The position numbers and the translations under genes are program-made. From an uncultured Gemmatimonadaceae bacterium (lineage in GTDB: Bacteria; Gemmatimonadota; Gemmatimonadetes; Longimicrobiales; Gaopeijiaceae): a stretch of 64,000 bases of DNA. Numbering within the stretch: position 1 is the first letter of the stretch; every line of letters starts with the position of its first letter. Below are positions 46,745 to 57,108 of this stretch, in pieces. The notes under the pieces are model-generated. The model did no database searches, was not told the DNA's origin, and saw only the letters and a program-made list of their open reading frames with translations. The stretch spans positions 596 to 64,595 of the forward strand of contig CAZOYA010000002.1 of NCBI GenBank assembly GCA_964583815.1. The letters run 5' to 3'.

Positions 46745-48664
46745 TCAGCAGTACGCGCACTCGTAGTTCCCCTTCACGCCGAGGCTCTCCAGGAGCGCGA
46801 TCGTCTTCGGATAGGGCGCGGCACCGAGGGACACGGGTCCGTTGGCCATGTCCACCGGCGTCTGCCCCGAGCGCGCCACCGCCGAGGGATCCGCCCCCCT
46901 CGAGACGAGGAACTCGATCGCCGCGTTGTCGCCTCGACCGGCGGCGTGGTGGACGGCGTTGTAGCCCAGGTAGTCGCGCGCGTTCACGTCGGCGCCGAGC
47001 TCGTCCACGAGATACCGGAGCGCCGGTACCCAGCCGTCCGGGACGTGCCGCCACGGGTTCAGGGCCACGGCCACGAAGCGTCCGCCGAAGCCCGCCGCCG
47101 CGTGGATCGGGTAGACCCCGGGCCCGCCTACCGGGACGGGCGCCAGCCCCGACCGATCCTCCACGTTGTCCGGCACCTGCTCGCCCCAGGTGAGCGCGCC
47201 CGGCGGCCTGCGCGTAGGGATGTTCGGGTCGGCGCCGTACTGCACGAGCAGCTTCATCGCGGGGACGTCGAGCGCGTGCGCGGCCCGGAAGAAGGGGGTC
47301 GCGCCGCGGGTGTCGATGCCGATGCGCCGGAAGGTGTACTCCATGTACCACAGGTGCGTCTCGAGCCGGGCGTTCGGGTCGGCGCCTGCCTCGAGCAGCG
47401 CCTGCATCATCTCGAGGTAGGTGGTCCGCTGGTGCAGGTGCTCGATGGGCTGCGCGTAGGACGCGTTGGGCGCCCACTGGCGATCGATGACCCCGTAGAG
47501 CGGCGTCGTGCCCGCGTGGCTCGCGATGTTCGGGTCGGCGCCCGCCTCCACGAGGATCATCGCGACGTCGAACTGTCCGTTGATGGTCGCCATGAGCAGG
47601 GGCGTGCTGCCGTCCCCTCCGCTCGGGAGGTCGATGTCGGCGCCGCCCTCGAGGAGGGCGCGCACGGCTTCGGCCTGGCCCTGCCGCACCGCGTGATGGA
47701 GCGGGGCGAGCCCGCCCCAGCCGTGCACGAGCTCGGCGTACGACGGCGGGCTCCCCTCGTCGGGCTCGGCCTTCTCCGGTTCCACCGGCCCGCCTTCGGG
47801 CTTCCCGCCCAGGGCCTTCCCGCCTTCGGCCTCCTCAGGCTTCTCGGCCTGCTCGTCCGCTTCCGCCTCCCGGTCCGCGGCGTCCGCGCTCGCCGCCCCG
47901 GCAGCCGGCACGTTCGGCCAGTTCCGCTGCACGTCGCGGGACATCTGGACGGCCGCCTGGACCTGCGCGGAGGAGGGCACCCAGTCCGGTCCTCCGCCCT
48001 CGGCCGCCCGGAACTCCTCGAGCGCGGCGGTGAGGCGCGCGCCGGCGGCCCGGTCCGCCTCGTCCTGCTCCACAACGTCGACCCACCGGGACCGTCGGTT
48101 CGGGTCCGCCCCGGCCGCGATCAGCACGCGGATCGCCTCGGCGCGGTCCTCCGCCGCGGCGAAGACGAGCGGCGTCTGGTCCCACGCGCCCTCGGTGACT
48201 TCGGGGTCGGCCCCCCGCTCGAGGAGCGCCGAGACGATCACCGGATCGCCGGCGGCCGCCGCGAGGTGCAGGGGCGTGACGCCGCTGTTCGTCGTGCGCG
48301 CGACGGGATCCGCGACCGCCTGGAGCAGCGCGAGCGCGACCTCGCGATGCCCCTGGCGCACCGCGAGGTGGAGTGGCTGGTACCGGCCGATGCGCGTGCC
48401 CGCGTCGACGCGCGCGCCGGCCTGGAGCAGGAGGCTCGCGAGCGCGACGTCGCCCCGCTCCGCCGCCCAGTGCAGGGCGGTCATCCCGTCCCCGTGGGAC
48501 GAGTTCACGTCGGCCCCGGCGCGCACGAGCGCCCGCACCGCCTCGAGATCGCCCCGCATCGCCGCATCGGCGACCGGCGTGTCGGGCGGGCCGGCGGCCG
48601 CGATGAAGGCCGTGAACAGCACCGTCGCGAACGCCCTGGACCGTCCTCTGCGTGGCGTCTTCAT
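46745..48664 (-). CDS. secreted ankyrin-repeat protein (639 aa)
   Basis: Signal peptide, then multiple ANK repeats (GMTALHWAAERGDVALASLLLQAGARVD, GVTPLHLAAAAGDPVIVSALLERGADP, and others). They are interrupted by an acidic Ala/Glu/Pro-rich insert. The protein ends ...NYECAYC. Confidence 0.85.
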   Translation of the reverse strand: MKTPRRGRSRAFATVLFTAFIAAAGPPDTPVADAAMRGDLEAVRALVRAGADVNSSHGDGMTALHWAAERGDVALASLLLQAGARVDAGTRIGRYQPLHLAVRQGHREVALALLQAVADPVARTTNSGVTPLHLAAAAGDPVIVSALLERGADPEVTEGAWDQTPLVFAAAEDRAEAIRVLIAAGADPNRRSRWVDVVEQDEADRAAGARLTAALEEFRAAEGGGPDWVPSSAQVQAAVQMSRDVQRNWPNVPAAGAASADAADREAEADEQAEKPEEAEGGKALGGKPEGGPVEPEKAEPDEGSPPSYAELVHGWGGLAPLHHAVRQGQAEAVRALLEGGADIDLPSGGDGSTPLLMATINGQFDVAMILVEAGADPNIASHAGTTPLYGVIDRQWAPNASYAQPIEHLHQRTTYLEMMQALLEAGADPNARLETHLWYMEYTFRRIGIDTRGATPFFRAAHALDVPAMKLLVQYGADPNIPTRRPPGALTWGEQVPDNVEDRSGLAPVPVGGPGVYPIHAAAGFGGRFVAVALNPWRHVPDGWVPALRYLVDELGADVNARDYLGYNAVHHAAGRGDNAAIEFLVSRGADPSAVARSGQTPVDMANGPVSLGAAPYPKTIALLESLGVKGNYECAYC

Positions 48665-48901
48665 GCTGGGGCAGAAGCTTCCTGGATGAGGATGACGTGC
48701 GCTGGCCGACGGCCTTCGACATCATGCGCCGCGGAAGAAGGGGGCGGCAAGGCGAAGGGACGCTCCTCGGCTCCGTGCCGCGGGAGGGCGCAGGCGCGCG
48801 GGCCGGGGATCCGGTCGCGCGTGGCGCTCCTCCGCGACCCCTCTGGCGTCCCCCCCGATCGCCCCGGCAACATGCACGCACGACCTTTCCCCGAGACGAG
48901 G

Positions 48902-50662
48902 ATGCGAGCGATGCACGTGCGCCGAGTCCTTCGCCGATCGCCCCGGGCCGTGCGCCCCGGATGCGCGCTCGTCCTGGCCGCGCTCGTCCTGACCGGCTGC
49001 GACGGGGGCGTGGAGGCCGAGTCCTCCGGTCCGGCCGTCACCACCTACGCGCCGCAGAACCGGCCGGACGTGCGAGGCACCCGGGCCGCGGTCTCGTCGG
49101 ACCATCCGCTCGCGACCGAGGTCGGGATGGCCGTGCTGCGCGAGGGGGGCACGGCGACGGACGCGATCGTGGCGATGGCCGGCGTGCTCGCGGTCACGCG
49201 CCCGCACATGAACGGGATCGGCGGCGACGCCTTCGGGATCTTCTACGACGGCCGGACCGGCGAGGTGACCGCGCTGAACGCCTCCGGGCGCTCCGGCGCG
49301 CTGGCGACGCCGGATTTCTTCCGTAGGGCGGGGCTCGACGAGATCCCCGAGACCGGCGCGCTCTCGGTGAGCGTGCCGGGCGCGGTGGCGGGCTGGGTGG
49401 ACGCGCACGAGCGCTTCGGCTCGCTCCCCTTCGCGGAGCTCCTCGAGCCGGCGATCCGGCTCGCGCGCGAGGGCTTCCCCATCTCCACCCGGCTCGCGCT
49501 CGACATCGAGGAGCAGGGGGACGTGCTGAACGAGCCCGGTCAGGCGCTGTACCGGCCGGGCGGCCAGGCGCCGCCCGTCGGGTCGCTCCTCCGCAATCCC
49601 GAGCTCGCCGCCTCGCTCGAGATCGTGGCGACCCGCGGCAAGGAGGGCTTCTACCGGGGCCCGATCGCCCGGGCGCTGGCGGATTTCCTGGAGGCGGAGG
49701 GCGGGCACCTCCGCGCCGAGGACTTCGCGGTGCACACCTCGACCTGGGTCGAGCCGCTGCGCACGGACTACCTCGGGCACACGTTCCTCGCGATGCCGCC
49801 CAACACACAGGGACCCGCGCAACTCGCGCTCTTCGCCATGGCGGCGGAGCATCCGCTCCGCGAGATGGGACACAACACCGCCGCGTACCTCCACACGCTG
49901 ATCGAGCTCAAGAAGCTCGCCTTCGCGGATCGCGATCGCTGGATCGCGGACCCGGAGAAGGCGGACGTGCCGGTGGAGCGCCTGCTCGACGCGGATTATC
50001 TGCGCGAGCGGGCCGGGCTCGTCGATCCCGAGCGGGCGGCGTCGAACGTGACGGCCGGGTTCGGAGATCCCCTCACCGCCTTGGGCGAGAGCGACGATTC
50101 CGGCGACACGGTCTATCTCACGGCCGTGGACGCGCAGGGGAACGCGGTGAGCTGGATCCAGAGCAACTACGCCGGGTTCGGCTCGGGCCTCCTCGAGCCG
50201 TCGACCGGGATCCTGCTCCACAACCGCGGCGCGCTCTACACGCTCCAGGACGGCCATCCGAACCAGGTGGCGCCGGGCAAGCGGCCCTACCACACCCTCT
50301 CGCCGGTCCTGGCGCTCGACGGGGAGGGCCGGTTCGCCTTCACGCTCGGCACGCCCGGCGGAGACAGCCAGCCGCAGTCGATCCTCCAGATCGTGAACAA
50401 CTTCCTGCTCTTCGGCATGACGCCGCAGGAAGCGGTGGAGGCGGCACGCTTCCGGTCGGCGGGGGGCGTGCGGGTCTCGCTCGAGAACCGCGTGACGATG
50501 GAGACCGTGGACGGCCTGACCGCCCTCGGGCACGATCTCCAGCTCGTGGACGGGTGGACCGCGACCTTCGGGGGCGCGCAGATGATCGTGTACGACCGCG
50601 CGACCGGCGTGCTCACGGCGGCGGCCGATCCGCGGCGCGAGGCGTACGCGCTCGCGAATTGA
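48902..50662 (+). CDS. ggt: gamma-glutamyltranspeptidase (lipoprotein)
   Basis: Lipobox LVLTGC. HPLATEVGMAVLREGGTATDA, GIGGDAF, autoprocessing Thr region SGDTVYLTAVDAQGNAVS, and TLGTPGG. ATGs at 48872 and 48911 are alternative starts. Confidence 0.9.
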   Translation: MRAMHVRRVLRRSPRAVRPGCALVLAALVLTGCDGGVEAESSGPAVTTYAPQNRPDVRGTRAAVSSDHPLATEVGMAVLREGGTATDAIVAMAGVLAVTRPHMNGIGGDAFGIFYDGRTGEVTALNASGRSGALATPDFFRRAGLDEIPETGALSVSVPGAVAGWVDAHERFGSLPFAELLEPAIRLAREGFPISTRLALDIEEQGDVLNEPGQALYRPGGQAPPVGSLLRNPELAASLEIVATRGKEGFYRGPIARALADFLEAEGGHLRAEDFAVHTSTWVEPLRTDYLGHTFLAMPPNTQGPAQLALFAMAAEHPLREMGHNTAAYLHTLIELKKLAFADRDRWIADPEKADVPVERLLDADYLRERAGLVDPERAASNVTAGFGDPLTALGESDDSGDTVYLTAVDAQGNAVSWIQSNYAGFGSGLLEPSTGILLHNRGALYTLQDGHPNQVAPGKRPYHTLSPVLALDGEGRFAFTLGTPGGDSQPQSILQIVNNFLLFGMTPQEAVEAARFRSAGGVRVSLENRVTMETVDGLTALGHDLQLVDGWTATFGGAQMIVYDRATGVLTAAADPRREAYALAN

Positions 50663-50728
50663 GTCGCGGGCCGGGGGCCGGCCGTGCGGCGCCCCGCCCG
50701 GCTCACCCGCTGCCGAGGAGCGCGGGCA

Positions 50729-52387
50729 CTATCCCCCGGTGCGCGCGAAGCGCATGTCGTAGACGCGCCCCAGGCTGAGCGAGAGCGCGTCCACGGCGCC
50801 CGAAGGCCCACGCCGGAAGCGCACGATGCTTCCGCCCATGCGGAACGCGTCCCGGTAGATCGGCTCGAGCGTGCGGGTGACGCCCGGGCGCTGCCAGACG
50901 ACGAGCGCCCCGTCCTCCACGGAGATCCGGTAGGTCGTTTCGGCGTCGGCGCTGTGGTAGGTGCCGGCGAACGCGGCCAGGTCTCCGGCCGCCGGCGTCC
51001 ACGGCTCGACCGGCTCCCAGCGCTGGTTCGTGTACTCCCACGATTCCTCGCGGAAGCCGACGCGTCCCTCGCCCTCGTCGAAGACGTAGCGGGCCGGCCC
51101 GATCCCCACCTGGAACTCGCGCCCGGAGAGGCGGAGCAGGGGGGTGGAGCCGTCCCGCAGCGTCCCGTCGAAGGTTAGCGTGCGCGTGGACCCCGTCACC
51201 GGATCGTGATAGAGACCCGCGAAGCGCGCATCCTGCGGGCGGGCCGCCTCCCCGTAGGCGGGCTCGGGCGGGACCGGCGCGGCGTCCCCGACGAACGCCT
51301 CCGCGATCCGGTACCCGGTGGGCCCGGTCGGCACGTCCGACGCGTTGCAGAGCATGGCGACCGAGAGCCCGTGGTCGGGATACCGGCCCAGGAAGGCGCG
51401 ATACCCGGCGGTCGAGCCGGTGTGCGTGATGGACGCCAGGAAGCCCACCGGCTCCTCGAGCCGGAGGCCTCCGGCATACACCGTCAGCGAGCCGTCGCTC
51501 AGCCGGCCGGTCTCGTGCATGAGCCGCACGAACTGCGGTCCGCCGAGCCGCCCGTCGTCGAGCGCCGCGTTCCAGATCCCCAGGTCACCCACCGTGGTGA
51601 GGATGCCGCCGTTCCCGTGCACGTCCTCGATCGGGCGGTCGATCTCCCACCCGTCGTCGTCCGTCGTGCGGTAGGCCGAGCTGCGCCCCGGGACGATGCG
51701 GCGGTAGTCGTCGCGCCACTGCGTGTTCCGGAGCCCCAGCGGCTCGAAGATCCGCTCGCGCGAGAACTCGGCGAAGGGTATCCCGCTCGCGCGGGTCACG
51801 ACGATCGCGAGCAGGTTGTATCCCGTGTTGCTGTAGGAGTACTCGTGCCCCGGCTCGAAGTTGAGCGCGCTCTGCCGCGAGACGATGTCGAGCACGTGCC
51901 GGTGGTCGTGCGTGCGCTCGCCCCGGCCCCAGCCGGAGATCCCCGCCACGCTGCCCCAGTCGCGCAACCCGCTCGTGTGCGTCATGAGGTGCTTCAGGGT
52001 GATCGTGTGCCCGTAGTCGGGCACCTCCGGGATCCAGCGCCGCACGTCGTCGTCGAGCGAGAGCACGCCGTCGAGCACGAGGAGCACGACGGCGGCGGCC
52101 GTGAACTGCTTCGAGAGCGAGCCTCCCTCGAAGGTCGTGGCGGGCGTGTTGGGGATGCCGTGCTCGAGGTCGGCCATCCCGTACGCGCGCTCGAGCACGG
52201 TGAGCCCGTTCCGGCGCACGCCGACGGCGCAGCCGGGCGAGGTGGTGGAGGTCCAGGGCGCGAAGATCTCGTCCACTCGGTGGGCGGCGTCCGGGGCGGC
52301 CACCTGCGCCGCGGCCCGACCCGGCGCCGCAAGGGTCGCGACGGCCACGGCGGCCGCGAGCGCGAGGCCCCTCGCCCGTCCCCTCAA
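50729..52387 (-). CDS. secreted serine hydrolase, class-C beta-lactamase fold with C-terminal extra domain
   Basis: The TTG start overlaps the upstream stop (TTGA), with GGAGGA 6 nt upstream. Signal peptide present. SxxK in GGSLSKQFTAAA, plus HLMTHTSGLRDW. Confidence 0.85.
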   Translation of the reverse strand: MRGRARGLALAAAVAVATLAAPGRAAAQVAAPDAAHRVDEIFAPWTSTTSPGCAVGVRRNGLTVLERAYGMADLEHGIPNTPATTFEGGSLSKQFTAAAVVLLVLDGVLSLDDDVRRWIPEVPDYGHTITLKHLMTHTSGLRDWGSVAGISGWGRGERTHDHRHVLDIVSRQSALNFEPGHEYSYSNTGYNLLAIVVTRASGIPFAEFSRERIFEPLGLRNTQWRDDYRRIVPGRSSAYRTTDDDGWEIDRPIEDVHGNGGILTTVGDLGIWNAALDDGRLGGPQFVRLMHETGRLSDGSLTVYAGGLRLEEPVGFLASITHTGSTAGYRAFLGRYPDHGLSVAMLCNASDVPTGPTGYRIAEAFVGDAAPVPPEPAYGEAARPQDARFAGLYHDPVTGSTRTLTFDGTLRDGSTPLLRLSGREFQVGIGPARYVFDEGEGRVGFREESWEYTNQRWEPVEPWTPAAGDLAAFAGTYHSADAETTYRISVEDGALVVWQRPGVTRTLEPIYRDAFRMGGSIVRFRRGPSGAVDALSLSLGRVYDMRFARTGG

Positions 52388-54162
52388 GGTGCGTCCTCCG
52401 ACACGCCCGGCCGTCCCCCGCGCCGGGACGGGATCACCCGTCCAGGCGTCGTGAGCAGGATCCGGCCGTTCTCGACCACGGCCTCGCCGTTCACGAGCAC
52501 GTGCTCGATCCCCTCCGCGTGCTGGTGCGGCTCGAAGAACGTGGCGCGGTCCGCGATCGTCTCGAGGTCGAAGACGACGAGGTCCGCCCAGTAGCCCTCG
52601 TGGATCTGGCCGCGGTCCTCGAGGCCCATGATCCGGGCCGGCAGGGAGGTCTGCGAGCGCACGGCGTCCTCGAGCGAGAGCGCTCCGACGGTGAGCGCGT
52701 AGTGCCGGATCTTGCGCGGGAAGGTCCCGTAGAAGCGCGGGTGCACGGAGCCGTCCTCGGGGAGCGCGATTCCCCCGTCGCTCGCCGTGGCCACCCACGG
52801 CTGGGCGGCGTAGCGCTCGACGTCCTCCTCCGACATGGAGAAGCCCCGCAGCCGGCCGCCGCCCCGCCGGTCCGGGTCGCCCTCGAGCTGCAGGTCGAGC
52901 GCCATCTGCACGGGATCCACACCCCGCTCGTCGGCGAGCTCCTGGAGGTTGCGGCCCACCCACTCCTCGCGGGGATACTCGAAGACGACCACCCGGTCGG
53001 CGCCGCCCCGGCGCCGGATCTCGTGGGCCACGTCCTGGCGGATACGCCGCGCGAGCTCGGGGTCGGCCAGATTCCGCCGCAGCATCTCCGCCGGCCCGGG
53101 CGCCGCTCCGCCGTCGCGCGCCCCCTCGGGCGGGGAGGTCGCCCACGACGGGATCAGGACGGTGCTCCCGTCGGATCCGCTCGTCGGATACGGATATTGA
53201 TCGGCCCAGACGCGCACGCCCTCGTCCCGCGCGCGCTGGATGAGCTGGATCGGCGCGCCGCTCGCGCCCCAGTAGTGCGCGCCCTTCGACTTGATGTGCG
53301 ACGCCACGACGCGCACGCCCGTGCGGCGGCCGATCTCGATCGTCTCCATGATCGCGTCGAAGAGCGTGGGCGGGCCGGCCGGGTCCTGGCTCGGCCAGTA
53401 CCACATCGGATCGCCGCCCTCGGAGCGCTGGTGCGAGATGTAGACGCCGTCCCAGGGGGCGAGCTCCTCGACCAGGCGGGCCACCTCGTCCGTCGTGCTG
53501 TAGCGGCCCGGGACGTACTCGAGCCCCGCGGACAGTCCCACCGCCCCCTCCTCGAGCCCCTGCCGCACGAGGGCCCGCATGCGCTCGACCTCCGCGTCCG
53601 TCGCCTCGCGCGCGAAGTCGTCCCCCATGACCTGCCGGCGCACCGTCCCGTGCCCGACCATGAGCATGACGTTCGGCCCCACGCCCTGCCGCTCGAGGAG
53701 CGCGCGCTGGTCGCGGATCGGCCACGGGGAGCGCCCGTCGTGGTTCACCACGACCGTCGTCACGCCCTGCGACACCACGTTCGGAGCGGCCTTCCGACGG
53801 GGGTCGTCGGTGCGGATCGTCTCCTCGCCGACCTCCGCGTTCCCGTCGTCCGCGTGCGAGTGGATGTCGATGAATCCGGGCGCGACGTAGCGTCCGGTGG
53901 CGTCGATCTCGCGCTCCGCCGTCGCCCCCTCGAGCAGGCCGACCTCCACGATGCGGCCGTCCCGCACCCCGATGTCCGCTCGGAACCACGGGTTGCCGGT
54001 GCCGTCGAGGACGCGCCCGCCACGCACGATCAGGTCGAAGGGGCCGGGATCGACGCCGGTGGCCTGGGCCGAGGCGGAGCCCGCGATGGAGGAGAGCGCG
54101 AGCGCCGCGCCGAGCGCGACGCCGAGGTGCCGGAGCCCCGTACGGGACGAGCTTCGAGCCAT
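52384..54162 (-). CDS. N-acyl-D-amino-acid deacylase (D-aminoacylase family amidohydrolase), secreted
   Basis: Signal peptide LALSSIAGSASAQ. FDLIVRGGRVLDGTGNPWFRADIGVRDGRI and GFIDIHSHAD metal motif. A GTG at 54174 is an alternative start. Confidence 0.9.
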   Translation of the reverse strand: MARSSSRTGLRHLGVALGAALALSSIAGSASAQATGVDPGPFDLIVRGGRVLDGTGNPWFRADIGVRDGRIVEVGLLEGATAEREIDATGRYVAPGFIDIHSHADDGNAEVGEETIRTDDPRRKAAPNVVSQGVTTVVVNHDGRSPWPIRDQRALLERQGVGPNVMLMVGHGTVRRQVMGDDFAREATDAEVERMRALVRQGLEEGAVGLSAGLEYVPGRYSTTDEVARLVEELAPWDGVYISHQRSEGGDPMWYWPSQDPAGPPTLFDAIMETIEIGRRTGVRVVASHIKSKGAHYWGASGAPIQLIQRARDEGVRVWADQYPYPTSGSDGSTVLIPSWATSPPEGARDGGAAPGPAEMLRRNLADPELARRIRQDVAHEIRRRGGADRVVVFEYPREEWVGRNLQELADERGVDPVQMALDLQLEGDPDRRGGGRLRGFSMSEEDVERYAAQPWVATASDGGIALPEDGSVHPRFYGTFPRKIRHYALTVGALSLEDAVRSQTSLPARIMGLEDRGQIHEGYWADLVVFDLETIADRATFFEPHQHAEGIEHVLVNGEAVVENGRILLTTPGRVIPSRRGGRPGVSEDAP

Positions 54163-54335
54163 GGATCGCTCCACGGATGGAGGGACGCGGTCGGCTTCGG
54201 GGCGGCCGGAGCGGCCGACCCCCGAACGTGGCGACGCCGGAGGCGATCGTACGGGGCGAAAGGGAAGCGCGGCAAGGCCGCGCCCCCCGCCCGATCACCC
54301 GCCGCTCCGCGCGCCGACCGCGGGGCCGACAGCGC

Positions 54336-56759
54336 TCAGTCGTGCCGGAGCGCCTCCGAAGGATCGACCAGGGAAGCCCGCGCCGCCGGAATCCAGCAGG
54401 CGGCCGCCGCGACCAGCGCGAACAGGACAGGCGCGCCGGCGAGCGTGGCCGGATCCTGCGGCTCGACCCCGTAGAGCATCCCCTCGAGCAGACGTGTGAG
54501 CATCCAGGCCGCCCCCGCGCCGGCCATCACGCCGGCCAGCACGGTGACCATCCCCTGTCGCACGACCATGCCGACCACGGTGCGCGCCTCGGCCCCGAGC
54601 GCCATCCGGATGCCGATCTCGGCGCGGCGCCGGCTCACGGCGTAGGACACGACCCCGTAGGTGCCCACCACGGCCAGGATCAGCGCGATGGACGCGAAGG
54701 CGCCGAGAAGGACCGTGGCGAACCGGTGGCGCGCCCGCGAGCCGGCCATGACCTCGTCCATCGTCCGGATCTCGGCGATCGGCATCGTGGGATCCACCTC
54801 GCGGACCACCGCGCGCACGGCGCCCAGGACCTGATAGGGATCGCCCCGCGTGGCGACGGTGAAGGTCATGCTGCGCGAGGTCTGCTGGGCGTGGGGGCGG
54901 TAGAACGCCTCCCGCACGGTCCCGGTCAGCTCGTTGTGCGCGACGTCGCCCACCACGCCCACGACCACCGTCGTGGCGCCGAGCACGCCGACCCGCGCGC
55001 CGAGGGGGCTGCGCTCCCCCCAGTAGTGACGAGCGAGCGATTCGCTGACGACGATGACCTCCTGCGCGCCCGCCACGTCGCCCTCCTCGATCGTGCGACC
55101 CGCGAGGAGCGGGATCCCCATCACCTCGAGATAGCCGGGCGTGACGAACTGCCACTCGGCGGCGTTGGACTCGTTGGGCGCGGGCTGGTAGCCCTCGACC
55201 CTCACGCCCGCGTCGCCCATCGTGCTGCCGAGCGGGAGGAGGCGCGCGGCGCCCGCGTCCACGACGCCCGGGAGCTCCTCGATTCGGCGCTCCACCTCGC
55301 GGTAGAACGCCACCACGTCCTCGTTCTCCGGATAGGTACCGGTCGGGGCCGTCGCCCGGAACGTCAGGACGTCCTCGGCGTGGAACCCGGGATCGACCCG
55401 GAGCAGGCCGACGAAGGTCCGGATCATGAGCACCGACGCGGTGAGGAGGACGACCGCCATGGCCATCTGGCCCGCCACGAGCAGGCCCTGGACGCGGCTC
55501 GAGGCCCCGCCGCCGACCGAGCGGCTCTCCCGCAGCGAAGCCGACGTCCCGTCGCGGAGCACGCGCAGCGCCGGCATCATGCCGAACAGGACGGCGGTGA
55601 GCAGTGAAGCCGCCATCGCGAAGATCAGCGCCGACGGATCCATCGAGACCGAGGAGGCACGGGGCACCGCGTCCGGATCGATCGCGAGGAGCGTGGGAAC
55701 CCCGACGGCCGCGATCGCGACCCCGAGCCCGCCCCCCAGTAGCGCGAGGACGACGCTCTCCGTGAGGAGTTGACGGAAGATCCGCCGCCGCCCCGCCCCG
55801 AGCGCCGTGCGCAGCGACATCTCGCGGACGCGCGCCTCGGCCCTGGAGAGCAGGAGGTTCGCCACGTTCCCGCAGGCGATGAGCAGCACGAGGAGCACGG
55901 CCCCCAGCAGGATCCAGATGGTGCCCTGCGCCGAGCCGACGATGTCCTCCTTCGCCCCGAAGACCCGGAACGCGAAGCCCTCCTCCGGGGCGTAGAGCCC
56001 CACGTGCTCGACGCTCTGGGCGAAGACGCGCGCCACGTCGGCGCGCGCGTCCTCGACGCTCCGTCCGTCCCGCAGGCGCCCGACCCCGTAGGAGCCGTGG
56101 TTGCCGCCCCCCGCCAGGTCCGGGGCGGCCGCTTCGAGATCCACGTATCCGGGTTGGAAGACCTCGGCCACGGACGACGAGCCGTAGTCGGCGGGCAGGA
56201 TGAACCCGGGGGGCATCACGCCGATCAGGGTCACGCTGCCGCCGTCGATCTCGACGGGGCGGCCGACCACGGTGGGATCTCCGTTCCAGCGCCGCTGCCA
56301 CGTCTCGTGGGCGACGAGCGCGACGGGTGCCTGCGTGCGCGCCTCGTCCCAGGTGAACGCGCGCCCCACGGCCGGCTCGACCCCGAGCACCTCGAAGACG
56401 TTGGGCGTCACGGTGGCGGCCCCGACCCGCTCCGGGCTCTCGACGGTCGTGAAGGTGGCCGAGCCGAGCTGGTAGAGCGCCATGTCCTCGAACGCCCGGC
56501 TCTCCTGGTGGAGGAGCTGGAACTCGGGCACCGAGAGCCACGTGCGGTCCGGAAAATCCGACCAGCGCGCCCAGATCGTGACGACCTCGTCCGACTCGCC
56601 GTAGGGCAGGGGCTCGAAGATCACGCCGTCGGCCACGCTGTAGATCGCCGTGGCGGCGCCCATCCCGAGCCCGAGCGTGAGCACCGCCACCACCGCGAAC
56701 GCCGGGCTCTTGCGGAGCGAGCGCAGCGCGAACCTGAGATCCTGGATCAACGTTCCCAT
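54336..56759 (-). CDS. duplicated orphan FtsX/MacB-type permease core (ADOP-like), paralogue 4; the ORF stays open upstream to 57092
   Basis: Core start MGTLIQDLRFALRSLRKSPAF is preceded by (GGA)7 acting as a very strong SD. Two FtsX halves. There is no stop codon between this ATG and the upstream toxin-like ORF. Confidence 0.85.
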   Translation of the reverse strand: MGTLIQDLRFALRSLRKSPAFAVVAVLTLGLGMGAATAIYSVADGVIFEPLPYGESDEVVTIWARWSDFPDRTWLSVPEFQLLHQESRAFEDMALYQLGSATFTTVESPERVGAATVTPNVFEVLGVEPAVGRAFTWDEARTQAPVALVAHETWQRRWNGDPTVVGRPVEIDGGSVTLIGVMPPGFILPADYGSSSVAEVFQPGYVDLEAAAPDLAGGGNHGSYGVGRLRDGRSVEDARADVARVFAQSVEHVGLYAPEEGFAFRVFGAKEDIVGSAQGTIWILLGAVLLVLLIACGNVANLLLSRAEARVREMSLRTALGAGRRRIFRQLLTESVVLALLGGGLGVAIAAVGVPTLLAIDPDAVPRASSVSMDPSALIFAMAASLLTAVLFGMMPALRVLRDGTSASLRESRSVGGGASSRVQGLLVAGQMAMAVVLLTASVLMIRTFVGLLRVDPGFHAEDVLTFRATAPTGTYPENEDVVAFYREVERRIEELPGVVDAGAARLLPLGSTMGDAGVRVEGYQPAPNESNAAEWQFVTPGYLEVMGIPLLAGRTIEEGDVAGAQEVIVVSESLARHYWGERSPLGARVGVLGATTVVVGVVGDVAHNELTGTVREAFYRPHAQQTSRSMTFTVATRGDPYQVLGAVRAVVREVDPTMPIAEIRTMDEVMAGSRARHRFATVLLGAFASIALILAVVGTYGVVSYAVSRRRAEIGIRMALGAEARTVVGMVVRQGMVTVLAGVMAGAGAAWMLTRLLEGMLYGVEPQDPATLAGAPVLFALVAAAACWIPAARASLVDPSEALRHD

Positions 56760-56780
56760 TCCTCCTCCTCCTCCTCCTCC
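56760..56780 (-). repeat. (GGA)7 trinucleotide repeat, i.e. (TCC)7 on the plus strand
   Basis: Read directly. It encodes Gly7 in the long ORF and abuts the permease ATG at 56759. Confidence 0.95.
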
Positions 56781-57092
56781 CGTCCATGAACGAGCCCGCC
56801 GGCGCGCGCCCCGCGCGAGCAGGGCCGGCATCGTCGTCTCCGCACCCCGCAGCGTGACCACGACGATGCGCTGGCTCCGGCGGTCCACGAGGCCGTCCAG
56901 CACGTGATCGCCCGCCTTCACCCGGAACGCGTGCTCCTCCGGGGGCGAAGGGCCACCGGGCGGCTCGCCGCCGGGCGGCCCCGCTTCCTCCAGCCGCCCG
57001 ATGCGCGCGGCCACGATCCGCTGCTCCTCCCGCGGGAGCGCTCGGAGGGCGGCCACGGCCGTGGGCGACAGCTCGATCCGCCAGCGCGTCAT
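56760..57092 (-). CDS. RelE/ParE-fold toxin-like ORF with no stop codon of its own (in frame with the downstream permease)
   Basis: MTRWRIELSPTAVAALRALPREEQRIVAARIGRLEE...HAFRVKAGDHVLDGLVDRRSQRIVVVTLRG follows the RelE/ParE secondary-structure pattern. It lies 16 nt downstream of a Phd/YefM gene. Confidence 0.6.
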
Positions 57093-57108
57093 GGGGCCGG
57101 CCGGCCTG

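Noticed and set aside
56760-56780. The (GGA)7 repeat as a frameshift-type phase-variation switch.
   Set aside because: The repeat unit is 3 nt, so slippage cannot change the reading frame. Only linker length and SD copy number would vary.
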